The notes under the pieces: model-generated | The model's database searches: none | What the model was told of the DNA's origin: nothing | What the model saw: the letters and a program-made list of their open reading frames with translations, nothing else | Part shown: positions 18,248-27,640 of the stretch, one piece after another | Position numbering within the stretch: position 1 is the first letter of the stretch | How the letters are laid out: each line of letters starts with the position of its first letter | Source of the DNA: an uncultured Bacteroidota bacterium | GTDB taxonomy: Bacteria; Bacteroidota; Bacteroidia; Chitinophagales; LD1 | DNA: 64,000 nt | Direction: 5' to 3' | Assembly (NCBI GenBank): GCA_903889265.1 | Contig: CAISWS010000147.1 | Coordinates: 5,990-69,989, forward strand | Made by a program: the position numbers and the translations under genes

Positions 18248-20794
18248 ATGAATGTATTAAAAGTAACCTTCCTTATTTGGGTATTGCTGATATGCCTGCC
18301 GTGCTTTGGACAAACCACCACTATAGTAGAAGGAAGGGTTACCGATAAGAATACGCACCAGCCGATGGATTATGCCAATGTGAGGTTTAAAGGTTCATTA
18401 AGTGCTATACGGACTGATTCAGCTGGTTATTTCAGGTCAAGTACCACACAAAAAGTAAAGGCTGTTGTTGTTTCGTATCTGGGCTACCAGTCTTCTGAGT
18501 ATCCTGTTCAGATGGGGGTATCCAACCATATTGATGCTCAGTTAAAGCCACAGAACATTGAATTAAGTGAGTTAATTGTAAGGCCGCACCGCAAAAAAAA
18601 GAGGGAGATTGATACCACGGCTTTATACATCTATCATAAGGTGGTAGATAATAAGGAGTTTAACAAGGCAACTACTTTTGATAGTTACCATTACAACGAA
18701 TACTCAAAAATGGTGTACTCAGTTGCAAAACCAACCCAGCGGCTGTTGCAGGCAAAGGCTTTTCATCCGTATAAATTTTTCTTCGAAAAACCCGATACCA
18801 GCGAAAACGGGCAGCCATTTATACCCCTGTTTATTCAAGAGGACTACCTTGAAACTTACTACCGGAAAAACCCGCAGATGAAGATAAATGTGCTTCACTA
18901 TAATCACATGTCGGGGGTAAAGCAACCCGCTTTTGTAAAGCTGATAGGATACCATTTTGAGGTAACCGATGCGTACGAAAACGTGCATGTGGTTTTGCAA
19001 AAGTCTTTTGTTTCCCCTTTCTCTCCGGAGGGTTCGGGGTTATACAGCTATCATGTAATTGACACCTCAAAAATTGATGGCCGCACCAGTTACCGGTTAA
19101 ATTTTGTAGGCAGAAATAAAGAAGACCTGTGTGTAAAAGGCTTTGCGGATATTGACTCAGCTACCTGGGGCATTAAGTTTATATCGTACCGGCCCAACGA
19201 AAAAGCCAACCTTAATTATATCTACGATTTACAAGAGGAGCAGACATTTCAGCTGATAGAAAACCACTGGCTGATGACCCACGAAAATTTAACCCTGGAA
19301 GCCAATATATTGAAAGACCCTAAAAGGATGGCTATCAGAATTGCAAAAACCACTTTGCGAAATAATATAACTACCCATATTACCATCCCGGATTCTATAG
19401 CAAAAGTGAAAGATGATATTGTTGACCGTAATGCTTACCGGCGACCTTTAAACTATATTGATTCGATGCGGATAGATACATTAACCCCTTCTGAAAAGCT
19501 GGTTTATCATCATTTCGATACTTTGAAAACAGTGCCTTCGTATGAAGCAATCAGAATTCTTACCACTTTGGTTTCACAGGCTAACATAAAAGCCGGACCG
19601 GTTGATTTTGGGCGGTTGTATAGGGTAGCAAGCGTAAATAATGTGGAGGGCTACCGGTTCAGGTTAGGTATTTACAGCGACCCCGGGTGGGATGATAAAA
19701 TGTATTTAGGGGGTTATGGTGCTTATGGGCTTAAAGATAAGCGATGGAAATACTCGGCTAATTTCCGTTACCTGTTGCCTGCCAAATACGACCGCTGGCA
19801 TGCTATTGAACTGGAGTATAAGAGTGATATGCTGGTGCTGGGAGATGAAAACTCGGCATTGAGCTATGATAATATAACAACACTTATTACGGGTAATGTG
19901 CTTAGTAAAATAATGCGGACACAGGAGCTGAACCTGTATTATGAGCGTGACTGGTTAAAAGGCCTTTCGAGTAACATGGAGCTTTCAAGCCGCACTTTTT
20001 ATTCAATACCGGGAGTTTTTAATTTTTCGAAACCCGATGGGCACGGCGGCTTTATTTACCTGCCAAGCTTTAACACCAATGAGTTTTCGACCGATTTACG
20101 TTATTGCAAAACAGATTATTATTTTCAAAGTTATACTTACCGGTACCCTTTGCAAACCAAAACGCCCAGCATAACCCTTAAATATGTAATGGGCGTTAAA
20201 GACAAGCTTTTTAATGGCGAGTACAACTATTATAAATTATCGGCGCTGTTATTATACCGCTGGCAATTACCTGTTGGATATTCAAAAATAAGGGTTAGGG
20301 CGGGCTATACTTTTGGTGATTCGCCTTACCCCGTTTCGTATTTTGCATCCAGCAACAGCGGAATTCTGAGAGATGATTTATCGTTTCAAAGTACTGCCCC
20401 TTTTGAGTTTGTAACTGATAAGTTTATTATGGCCTGGTGGGAGCATTACTTTGATGGATTTTTCTTTAACCGGATACCCTATATCAACCGGTTACATTTA
20501 AGGGAGTATTTACAGGTAAAAGCGCTTTACGGAGGATATAGTGCCCATAATGCATCGCTTATGCCATTGCCTGCGGGCACAGGAGTGCCATCGCCGTTGC
20601 CTTACATTGAAGTAGGTTGCGGGGTTGAAAATATTTTAAACGTGCTGCATATTGATTTTTTATGGCGGGTTACCTATCGCGATAATCCTAATGCCGCCAA
20701 CTTTACGGTTAAGCTGGCGCTGTATCGGGGTTTTAGGCAGAGCAATTGGTGTGCTCAAATCCATGAATACAGTATCGCACGGAGAAAAATGTAG
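18248..20794 (+). CDS. Carboxypeptidase-regulatory-like domain protein with large beta-rich C-terminal region (DUF5686-like)
   Basis: Signal peptide, then EGRVTDKNTHQPMDYANVRFKGS (CarboxypepD_reg pattern). About 850 aa, as in the Bacteroidota DUF5686 family; the family name is recalled from memory. Confidence 0.65.
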   Translation: MNVLKVTFLIWVLLICLPCFGQTTTIVEGRVTDKNTHQPMDYANVRFKGSLSAIRTDSAGYFRSSTTQKVKAVVVSYLGYQSSEYPVQMGVSNHIDAQLKPQNIELSELIVRPHRKKKREIDTTALYIYHKVVDNKEFNKATTFDSYHYNEYSKMVYSVAKPTQRLLQAKAFHPYKFFFEKPDTSENGQPFIPLFIQEDYLETYYRKNPQMKINVLHYNHMSGVKQPAFVKLIGYHFEVTDAYENVHVVLQKSFVSPFSPEGSGLYSYHVIDTSKIDGRTSYRLNFVGRNKEDLCVKGFADIDSATWGIKFISYRPNEKANLNYIYDLQEEQTFQLIENHWLMTHENLTLEANILKDPKRMAIRIAKTTLRNNITTHITIPDSIAKVKDDIVDRNAYRRPLNYIDSMRIDTLTPSEKLVYHHFDTLKTVPSYEAIRILTTLVSQANIKAGPVDFGRLYRVASVNNVEGYRFRLGIYSDPGWDDKMYLGGYGAYGLKDKRWKYSANFRYLLPAKYDRWHAIELEYKSDMLVLGDENSALSYDNITTLITGNVLSKIMRTQELNLYYERDWLKGLSSNMELSSRTFYSIPGVFNFSKPDGHGGFIYLPSFNTNEFSTDLRYCKTDYYFQSYTYRYPLQTKTPSITLKYVMGVKDKLFNGEYNYYKLSALLLYRWQLPVGYSKIRVRAGYTFGDSPYPVSYFASSNSGILRDDLSFQSTAPFEFVTDKFIMAWWEHYFDGFFFNRIPYINRLHLREYLQVKALYGGYSAHNASLMPLPAGTGVPSPLPYIEVGCGVENILNVLHIDFLWRVTYRDNPNAANFTVKLALYRGFRQSNWCAQIHEYSIARRKM

Positions 20795-20874
20795 CGTAAA
20801 CAGCCGTTATTAACTAGCGGCTTAAATAATTTTTGAGGAAATTTGTTCTCTTTTGCTTTTTCGCCTGTTTATGT

Positions 20875-20882
20875 TACGTTTG
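20875..20882 (+). promoter_or_regulatory. Bacteroidota -7 promoter box (TAnnTTTG) for tRNA-Val
   Basis: TACGTTTG lies 8 nt upstream of the mature tRNA 5' end, with a TTG at 20853-20855 at -33-like spacing. Confidence 0.45.
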
Positions 20883-20890
20883 TTGCATCA

Positions 20891-20963
20891 GCGCGATTAG
20901 CTCAGTTGGCAGAGCATTTCCTTGACGTGGAAAGGGTCATAGGTTCGAGTCCTATATTGCGCA
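20891..20963 (+). tRNA. tRNA-Val (anticodon GAC)
   Basis: Hand-folded cloverleaf. Acceptor GCGCGAT/ATTGCGC, D arm GCTC-AGTTGGCA-GAGC, anticodon stem TTTCC/GGAAA with loop TTGACGT, and T arm ATAGG-TTCGAGT-CCTAT. No encoded CCA. Confidence 0.9.
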
Positions 20964-21001
20964 CAAAATATGACCCCACATCGGGCAAGGGTGATACCAT
21001 A

Positions 21002-21313
21002 TTAAAGCGCCTTAGACATTGCCTTAACCGCAAAATCTATCACCTTGGCTACTATGGAAAATGCCTCATCAATCTTATCAATTTTTTTACTGCCATCGCC
21101 AATAATAGCGATGGCCTGGTTTATTTGCTCCAGGGCTTTAGTATAGTTTACCTCATCGGCTTGCATTTCTTTGGCAATTGCCTGGTTTGACAGGTCAATA
21201 AGCCTATCCTGCAAAGCAAGCAGGGATTTGCTGTTTGCATCGCCGTAGCATAGCGCCATTTTACCAATCCGGTCGGCAAGCGCTGATAATTGTTCATCCA
21301 GGGTTTCAGCCAT
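21002..21313 (-). CDS. Hypothetical all-helical protein, 103 aa, no signal peptide
   Basis: ORF 6 nt downstream of the lipoprotein gene on the same strand. I recognise no family. Confidence 0.5.
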   Translation of the reverse strand: MAETLDEQLSALADRIGKMALCYGDANSKSLLALQDRLIDLSNQAIAKEMQADEVNYTKALEQINQAIAIIGDGSKKIDKIDEAFSIVAKVIDFAVKAMSKAL

Positions 21314-21319
21314 ATATGG

Positions 21320-22204
21320 TTAATTAGATTCCGATGATTTTAATTGAGAATAAAGCGTCGACAAATCGTTTGCCTCAGATATTACATAGGCTATAGCATC
21401 TTTTAAGGAACCCTTTTTATCAAGCATGGCCCTGGCCTGCCGGTGTGCATTGGGCAGGGTAGACACCAACTGAATTGAAGCCAGGTACGAATTATGCAAA
21501 GCCTCCATTTCGGCAATACGTGCATGGATGTATTTGTCCCACTTAACTCTTTCGGTTAAAGAACTACCGGAGTTTCTGGTGGCAATCAGTCTTTCAATTA
21601 CAGCCTTATCGTTTGTTTGAAGCAAGCGTTCGGCTCTTTGTAAATCGAGGGCAATGTATTTACAAACCGAATCAATGCCGGGTTGTGCTTTATCCATCGC
21701 TAGTTTCAGGTATTTTAGTTGTACCCCCTGCGAAACCGAATGTGCAATAAAATCTGTAATAATGCTGAATCCTATGGTGAAATTTTTGGCTATCCCTTGG
21801 TTGCCGGCAGGGATGTATTTATCCAAACCAGACAAAGCAGCATTTAGCTTAGTGGCAGATTCATCAATACCCTGTCCGTTATTTTTGGTGGCAAGGGCTT
21901 GCAGAGAGCTGAAATAGGCGTCTAAAACAGTGATGTATTGTAAACGGGAACTGAAGATAGGTTTTAATGTTTCGGCTGTGGCATCGCTATAATCCGCCAT
22001 AGTAATAAGGGTATCTGTATATTTTAACCACGTCCTTTCTTCCAGGATTGTAATTGTTTTATTGAAACTGACTTCCATGCTGGCGTGCAGGCCAGTTGCA
22101 GAGGTAGCCAGTTGGGAAAGCTGCCCTGTTGGAAGCGTTTTGCATGAGGCCATAAATATGGCTGACAATAAAAAGAAAGCTGGTTTTAAACTAAAGCGGT
22201 GCAT
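21320..22204 (-). CDS. Hypothetical helical lipoprotein, 294 aa
   Basis: Lipobox-like FFLLSAIFMASC. The rest is predicted helical and I recognise no family. Confidence 0.6.
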   Translation of the reverse strand: MHRFSLKPAFFLLSAIFMASCKTLPTGQLSQLATSATGLHASMEVSFNKTITILEERTWLKYTDTLITMADYSDATAETLKPIFSSRLQYITVLDAYFSSLQALATKNNGQGIDESATKLNAALSGLDKYIPAGNQGIAKNFTIGFSIITDFIAHSVSQGVQLKYLKLAMDKAQPGIDSVCKYIALDLQRAERLLQTNDKAVIERLIATRNSGSSLTERVKWDKYIHARIAEMEALHNSYLASIQLVSTLPNAHRQARAMLDKKGSLKDAIAYVISEANDLSTLYSQLKSSESN

Positions 22205-22390
22205 AAATTATTTCGTTTTTCTACCCCGTAAATTCATTGTAATAAACCTGATGGTTCCGGTCACAAAAATATAACCGGCACAACAATTTACTATTTTTAA
22301 GCTATAAGATAAAAAAAATATTACGTCAGATACATGCTGCGTAAAAAAGGATGAAATGCCATGAGGCTATATAAATTTACATCCTAACCC

Positions 22391-22486
22391 GGTTTAACAC
22401 GAAGAGCACAAAGGAAAACGCCAACACAAATGCCACTAAGAAAATATTTTTTGATGTTCTTTGTGTTAAACTGAATTTCTTTCCTC
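22391..22486. repeat. Short palindromic intergenic repeat (MITE/REP-like), copy A
   Basis: gtttaacacgaagagcacaaagg...ttctttgtgttaaactgaatttctttcct. The termini are inverted repeats, and the first ~60 nt are ~80% identical to 29037-29100 by eye. Confidence 0.6.
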
Positions 22487-22575
22487 AAATTTTAAACCGC
22501 TCCTCAGCAGCTGTAGTTTTACAGTATATCGTAAATAAGCAACAAAATGTGTAGGTTTGATTCTAAATTCGCCGT

Positions 22576-23544
22576 ATGAATTTCCTTGATTTTGAAAAAC
22601 CGATTGCTGACCTGTATGCCGAAATGGACCTGCTGATTGAGAGCGGCCAGAGTCAGCACGTTACCGTTGAAGAGAAAAAACGCCAGCTGGAATACGATAT
22701 AAGGGATAAGCAGAGAGAAATATACAGCAAGCTTACCGTGTGGCAGCGCATACAGGTTAGCAGGCATCCTGACCGGCCTTATAGCTTGTTTTACATTGAA
22801 TATATCTGCGACCAGTTTATTGAACTTTTCGGTGACCGGAGTTTTAAAGATGATAAGGCCATTGTTGGCGGCCTGGGCAATATTGACGGCAAGACATACA
22901 TGATAATTGGCCACCAAAAAGGCAGCAACACCAAAATGCGGCAATACCGCAATTTTGGTATGCCAAACCCCGAAGGATATCGTAAGGCGCTGCGCTTAAT
23001 GAAGCTGGCTGAAAAATTCAACAAGCCTATTATTACTTTGATTGATACCCCAGGGGCTTTTCCGGGCGAGGAGGCTGAGGCACGCGGGCAGGGCGAAGCA
23101 ATTGCCCGCAACCTGATGCAAATGGCTGCATTAAAAGTGCCGGTGCTGTGTATTGTTATTGGTGAAGGCGCATCGGGCGGCGCATTGGGGATTGGTGTGG
23201 GCGACAGGATGCTGATGTTGGAAAACACCTGGTATTCGGTGATATCGCCAGAGTCGTGTTCTTCTATTTTATGGCGGAGTTGGGATTTTAAGGAGAAGGC
23301 TGCTGAGGCATTGAAGCCAACGGCACACGACCTTTTACAGTTTGGTATTATTGACGGCATAGTAAAAGAACCTGTTGGCGGGGCGCATAGCAACCCTGAA
23401 GAAATGGCTAAAACACTAAAAAAGACCATCGTTAAAAATATTGCCGAACTGGAAGCGCTTAGCCCTACCGAAAGAATTAACCAGCGCATTGATAAATATT
23501 CGCGCATTGGTGTTTACGAAACGATGGATGAAAAGGAAGCGTAA
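22576..23544 (+). CDS. accA: Acetyl-CoA carboxylase carboxyltransferase subunit alpha
   Basis: 322 aa, with characteristic [27 protein letters not shown] and [15 protein letters not shown] segments. Confidence 0.95.
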   Translation: MNFLDFEKPIADLYAEMDLLIESGQSQHVTVEEKKRQLEYDIRDKQREIYSKLTVWQRIQVSRHPDRPYSLFYIEYICDQFIELFGDRSFKDDKAIVGGLGNIDGKTYMIIGHQKGSNTKMRQYRNFGMPNPEGYRKALRLMKLAEKFNKPIITLIDTPGAFPGEEAEARGQGEAIARNLMQMAALKVPVLCIVIGEGASGGALGIGVGDRMLMLENTWYSVISPESCSSILWRSWDFKEKAAEALKPTAHDLLQFGIIDGIVKEPVGGAHSNPEEMAKTLKKTIVKNIAELEALSPTERINQRIDKYSRIGVYETMDEKEA

Positions 23545-24083
23545 TGAAATATTGGGACAGGCTTAAAAATTATTTCTACAGACGGACTTTGGATGAGCGG
23601 GTTAAAAACCTGAACGTAAAGCACAACATCATAAACTGGAACGATGCCAAAAGCATTGGGATAGTTTACGACAGCACCAATGCCGATAACGATACCGTTA
23701 TTGCCGGTTTTGCCCAAAGGCTCAGGGAACAGAACAAGGTAGTTGAAATACTAGGTTTTGTAAACGATAAAAAGATTGACACTAAAGACGGGGTTACTGT
23801 TTTTAATAAAAAGAACCTTACCTGGACTGAGGTGCCTGATGATGAGCGTGTAGAAAAATTTGTCGCTCAAAAGTTCGACCTTTTGCTGGGCTGCTTTATT
23901 GGCGAAAACCTACCGCTTGAATTTGTTACCCGTATTTCAAACGCCCGCTGGCGCGTGGGCGCTTATGTGGAAAATAAGACCGACTGCTACGATATGATGG
24001 TAAACGTTAGCGGTAAAACTGAACTGCCTTACCTGATTGAACAAACCACTTATTTTTTAAACCAAATCAAATATGATTCGTAG
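23544..24083 (+). CDS. Conserved hypothetical protein, translationally coupled between accA and dapA
   Basis: 179 aa. The ATG overlaps the accA stop (TAATG) and the 3' end overlaps the dapA start by 11 nt. I recognise no family. Confidence 0.6.
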   Translation: MKYWDRLKNYFYRRTLDERVKNLNVKHNIINWNDAKSIGIVYDSTNADNDTVIAGFAQRLREQNKVVEILGFVNDKKIDTKDGVTVFNKKNLTWTEVPDDERVEKFVAQKFDLLLGCFIGENLPLEFVTRISNARWRVGAYVENKTDCYDMMVNVSGKTELPYLIEQTTYFLNQIKYDS

Positions 24084-24978
24084 TAAATTACGGGGCACCG
24101 GTGTGGCCCTTGTTACCCCCTTTACTAAAAACGGAGAGGTAGATTATAACGGACTTGAAAAACTTATTGAGCACTGTATTAAAGGTGGAATTGAATACCT
24201 GGTAAGCCTGGGCACTACCGGCGAATCGGTTACCCTTTCGTCAGAAGAAAAGCTGGAGGTGCTGAATTTTACCATTGAAAAAGCTGCCAAACGGGTGCCC
24301 ATTGTTGCTGGCTTTGGTGGTAACAATACCCACCATCTTATAAAACACGAAATTGAGAAGTTTCATTTTAAGGGGGTTGACGCCATTTTATCGGTATCGC
24401 CTGCTTATAACAAACCAACGCCTGAGGGCGTTTATCAGCACTATAAAGCTGTAGCTGAAGCTTCGCCGGTACCGGTATTGCTTTACAATGTGCCAGGCAG
24501 AACATCGAGCAACATAAAGGCTGAGACAACCTTAAGGCTGGCGAATGAGGTTGAAAACATCATCGGCATTAAAGAAGCATCGGGCGATTTTGGCCAGTGT
24601 ATGCAGATAGTTAAAAACAAGCCGAAGGATTTTCTGGTTATTTCGGGCGATGATAATATTACCCTGGGGCTGATGGCTTACGGTTTCGATGGGGTAATTT
24701 CGGTGGTAGGGCAGGCGTTTCCCACTATCTTTTCCGAAATGGTAAGGCTTTGCCTTAAAAACGATTTTACCGGTGCCCGCAAATTACATTACGAGCTTAA
24801 CGATATTACCGATATGCTTTTTGCCGAAGGCAACCCTGCAGGCGTAAAAGCTGCCCTTGCCATACTTGGCATCTGCGAAAACAACGTTCGCCTGCCATTG
24901 GTAGGTATTTCGGATGGACTTACAGGCAAGTTAAGGGCGGACATAGATAAGCTTTGGTTTATGAATGATGATTTATGA
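24073..24978 (+). CDS. dapA: 4-hydroxy-tetrahydrodipicolinate synthase
   Basis: GTGVALVTPF, GTTGESVTLS, YNVPGRT, and IGIKEASGD (Schiff-base Lys context). Confidence 0.95.
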   Translation: MIRSKLRGTGVALVTPFTKNGEVDYNGLEKLIEHCIKGGIEYLVSLGTTGESVTLSSEEKLEVLNFTIEKAAKRVPIVAGFGGNNTHHLIKHEIEKFHFKGVDAILSVSPAYNKPTPEGVYQHYKAVAEASPVPVLLYNVPGRTSSNIKAETTLRLANEVENIIGIKEASGDFGQCMQIVKNKPKDFLVISGDDNITLGLMAYGFDGVISVVGQAFPTIFSEMVRLCLKNDFTGARKLHYELNDITDMLFAEGNPAGVKAALAILGICENNVRLPLVGISDGLTGKLRADIDKLWFMNDDL

Positions 24979-25042
24979 TTGCTGATTTGAAAGGCAGCAT
25001 TAGCACCACCTGGTACATTGATAAATCATCATTCAAAAATCA
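24969..25042. repeat. Left arm of an imperfect ~75-bp inverted repeat
   Basis: Blocks tgatttatgatt (24969-24980), attagcacc (24999-25007) and tcattcaaaaatca (25029-25042) recur as reverse complements, in mirror order, at 25225-25296. Confidence 0.7.
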
Positions 25043-25158
25043 GCAATCGTTTAACTTTTACGCATTAAGAATCAAGCACTTAAAAAATTATTACAACAAC
25101 GTGTAACCTTATAAACACAACCCCGTTAAAGATACATACATAGTGCTTTAAGTTTTAG

Positions 25159-25195
25159 AAAGAGTCGGGGGTCAGGGCCCGGCTCTTTTGTTTTG
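25159..25195 (+). terminator. Intrinsic terminator downstream of the accA-dapA operon
   Basis: GC-rich hairpin agagtcggg / cccggctct (one G-U pair) followed by ttttgttttgt. Confidence 0.7.
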
Positions 25196-25224
25196 TACCC
25201 AACTGAATGCGGTTTTCTGAATTA

Positions 25225-25296
25225 TGATTTTTGAATGAAATACAAGCTCCAGGTGCTAATCCGGCTGTTAAATCAGGATTCACAAATCATAAATCA
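25225..25296. repeat. Right arm of the inverted repeat
   Basis: tgatttttgaatga (25225-25238), ggtgctaat (25252-25260) and aatcataaatca (25285-25296) are reverse complements of the left-arm blocks. Confidence 0.7.
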
Positions 25297-25491
25297 GAAT
25301 TTACTCTCCGCCTTATAATAATCCGGCGTAATCGCGTTTTATGCTTTATTAAGTCCGATTGGTTTCTTCAAACCAGCTAAAAATCTATATTTGCGAGCCT
25401 TTTTATGATGCAGACCCAAGTTTATTACCTAAAATCCATTTGCAGCCAGTCGGTTTTTTACCGGGGGCTTACAAATCAGTTGAAAGGCATA

Positions 25492-26637
25492 ATGCGCGTT
25501 TTACCCGCCATTGCCTGCGGCCTGCTGCTTGTTGCTTTACTGGGCATAACAGGGTGCGATACCCCTGAAAAAGCCCTCAAAAGCACCGATATCAATTACA
25601 AAAAAGCCAAGGCAATTTCGTGGTATAATAAGAAGGAATACTACAAATGCATACCCGTATTTGAAGAACTGATAGGCCTGATGAAAGGCCGCCAAAGCAC
25701 CGAAGATTTGTATTACATGTATGCCAATGCCAATTACCAGCAGGGCGATTACATGATTTCGGCATACCACTTCAAAAACTTTTACGACTTATACCCGAAC
25801 AGCGAAAAAGCTGAGGAGTGCCTGTTTATGTATGCCAAAAGCTATGAGCGGATGTCGCCCAAGCCCAGCCTCGACCAGAGTTACACCATGAAGGCCTTGG
25901 ATGCGTTTCAGCTTTTTTTAAATGCATTCCCCAATGGCAAGTATATCAGCGAGGTAAACGTAGCGGTTACCGGCATGCGTAAAAAGCTGGAAAAGAAGGC
26001 ACTGAACACCGCCGAGCTATACTACAAAACCAGCAACTATAAGGCCGCAGCTACTACTTACATCAACATCCTGAAAAATTTTCCCGATATCAGCGAAGGC
26101 GAGTATGTAACCCTGATGATTATTAAATCGAACTTTGAATATGCCAAAAACTCAATCCCATCAAAAAAGGTTGACCGTTTTGAGCATGTTATAAAAAGCT
26201 ACGGCGACTTTAAAGACAAGTTTGGCCAAAGCAAATATCTGGCTGAGGCAGCAGGTTACGAGCACAACGCCCATTACCTGGCCCCGCTAAGCGCTTTTGA
26301 CTGGGCTGAAGTTTGCCCCCTGGAAGACCGCGAAAACAGCTTTAACATCTTCTTCCGCGAAGCCAAAGACAACCTGCCTGCTATTACCGATAAACAGGAA
26401 AACAACCAGATAACCCAACTGATTGAAAAGGGCTACTTTTTAATTGTAAAAAGCAATTTTCAGGCCAGTGAAGAGCGAAAAAAAGGCGATAAAGTGCCTT
26501 TTTTAGAGGAAACTGTGAAAACTTATTATACTTTTGTGGATAAATACCCCAAAAGCCGTTTTTCGAAAGAAGCGGAGAAAATGTTTAATATTTCAACCGA
26601 ACAGCTTAAAAAATTTAAAAGTAATGGACAAAGTTAA
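25492..26637 (+). CDS. bamD: Outer membrane protein assembly factor BamD (TPR lipoprotein)
   Basis: I moved the start to MRVLPAIACGLLLVALLGITGC (lipobox). TPR-like helical repeats are present, and the gene sits directly upstream of rpoZ-coaBC, as I recall for Bacteroidota. Confidence 0.75.
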   Translation: MRVLPAIACGLLLVALLGITGCDTPEKALKSTDINYKKAKAISWYNKKEYYKCIPVFEELIGLMKGRQSTEDLYYMYANANYQQGDYMISAYHFKNFYDLYPNSEKAEECLFMYAKSYERMSPKPSLDQSYTMKALDAFQLFLNAFPNGKYISEVNVAVTGMRKKLEKKALNTAELYYKTSNYKAAATTYINILKNFPDISEGEYVTLMIIKSNFEYAKNSIPSKKVDRFEHVIKSYGDFKDKFGQSKYLAEAAGYEHNAHYLAPLSAFDWAEVCPLEDRENSFNIFFREAKDNLPAITDKQENNQITQLIEKGYFLIVKSNFQASEERKKGDKVPFLEETVKTYYTFVDKYPKSRFSKEAEKMFNISTEQLKKFKSNGQS

Positions 26638-26965
26638 GAAGATTAAAATGACCCAGATTAACCCGCTTATTGAAACCCAGAACCTGGAAGAAATGGCCCG
26701 TGAAAGTGGTAATGTGTACGAAGCCATTTATACTATTGCACGCCGTGCAAACCAGATAAGCAAAGAAATAAAAGAAGAACTGCACAGCAAATTGGAAGAT
26801 TTTGCATCGCATACCGATAACCTGGAAGAAATACACGAAAACCGCGAGCAAATCGAAATCTCAAAGTTTTACGAAAAATTGCCTCACCCTACCATTTTAG
26901 CTACCAAGGAGTTTCAGAACCATGAGTTAACTACCCGTACTATTGAAGAAACACCAACGGTTTAA
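26624..26965 (+). CDS. rpoZ: DNA-directed RNA polymerase subunit omega
   Basis: NVYEAIYTIARRANQIS core typical of omega. The start is ambiguous (ATG 26624 overlapping the bamD stop, or ATG 26648). Confidence 0.7.
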   Translation: MDKVKKIKMTQINPLIETQNLEEMARESGNVYEAIYTIARRANQISKEIKEELHSKLEDFASHTDNLEEIHENREQIEISKFYEKLPHPTILATKEFQNHELTTRTIEETPTV

Positions 26966-27091
26966 TTGATTATTATCAGGGCAGGTTCCTGAATTCAATA
27001 TAAGATTACATTTGTAGTGGGCTTAGCTTTAGCTTCCCTGCCCTGGCAGAGACGAAAAGGGCTGGGCCCATTACCATTTTAACCCATCTGT

Positions 27092-27640
27092 ATGAGCAGA
27101 CTGACCGCAAAAAAAATAGTATTGGGCGTGTGTGGTTCAATAGCTGCCTATAAAGCCGCTGTTTTAACCCGCCTGCTGGTAAAGGCCGGGGCTGATGTAA
27201 AGGTTGTTATGACCACCAGCGCCACCGAGTTTATTACCCCGCTTACCCTGTCCACCCTTAGCAAACACAAAGTATTTACCGACTTTACCACCGGAGATGG
27301 CAGCAACTGGAACAACCACGTTGAGTTGGGCCTGTGGGCCGACGCCATGGTTATAGCACCCGCCAGTGCCAACACCCTGGCAAAAATGGCCAACGGCAAT
27401 TGCGACAACATGCTGCTGGCCACCTACCTATCGGCCAAGTGCCCCGTTTTCTTCGCCCCAGCCATGGACCTTGATATGTGGAAACACAAAGCCGTTAAAC
27501 GCAATATAGACTACCTGCTCAGCTACGGCAACATCCTCATCCCCGTTGAACACGGCGAACTCGCCAGCGGCTTAACCGGCGATGGCCGCATGGCCGAACC
27601 TGAGCATATTATCGGGCATTTGAGGGAGTATTTTCAGTAG
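27092..27640 (+). CDS. coaC: Phosphopantothenoylcysteine decarboxylase (CoaC flavoprotein domain only)
   Basis: 182 aa with GVCGSIAAYKA, ATEFITPLT, APASANTLAKMANGNCDN and PAMDLDMW. The ORF stops (EYFQ*) exactly where the CoaB domain normally follows. Confidence 0.85.
   Translation: MSRLTAKKIVLGVCGSIAAYKAAVLTRLLVKAGADVKVVMTTSATEFITPLTLSTLSKHKVFTDFTTGDGSNWNNHVELGLWADAMVIAPASANTLAKMANGNCDNMLLATYLSAKCPVFFAPAMDLDMWKHKAVKRNIDYLLSYGNILIPVEHGELASGLTGDGRMAEPEHIIGHLREYFQ

Noticed and set aside
20843-21190. 115-aa + strand ORF spanning tRNA-Val.
   Set aside because: It reads straight through the tRNA gene (20891-20963) and is antisense to the better-supported 21002-21313 ORF. It is an artefact of ORF calling.
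20964-22575. Possible integrated islet at tRNA-Val.
   Set aside because: I found no integrase, no duplicate of the tRNA 3' end (ggttcgagtcctat...) downstream, and no compositional shift by eye. It is kept only as a low-interest note on the two unknown genes.
22791-23507. 238-aa minus-strand ORF, together with 22519-22944.
   Set aside because: It is entirely antisense to accA, which has unmistakable family motifs. The translation is low-complexity and Ser/Pro/Ala-rich.
24975-25106. 43-aa ORF overlapping the dapA stop (MIADLKGSISTTWYIDKSSFKNQQS...).
   Set aside because: It is encoded by the inverted-repeat arm and has a low-complexity NQQS/KNQ-type translation typical of repeat DNA. I recognise no family.
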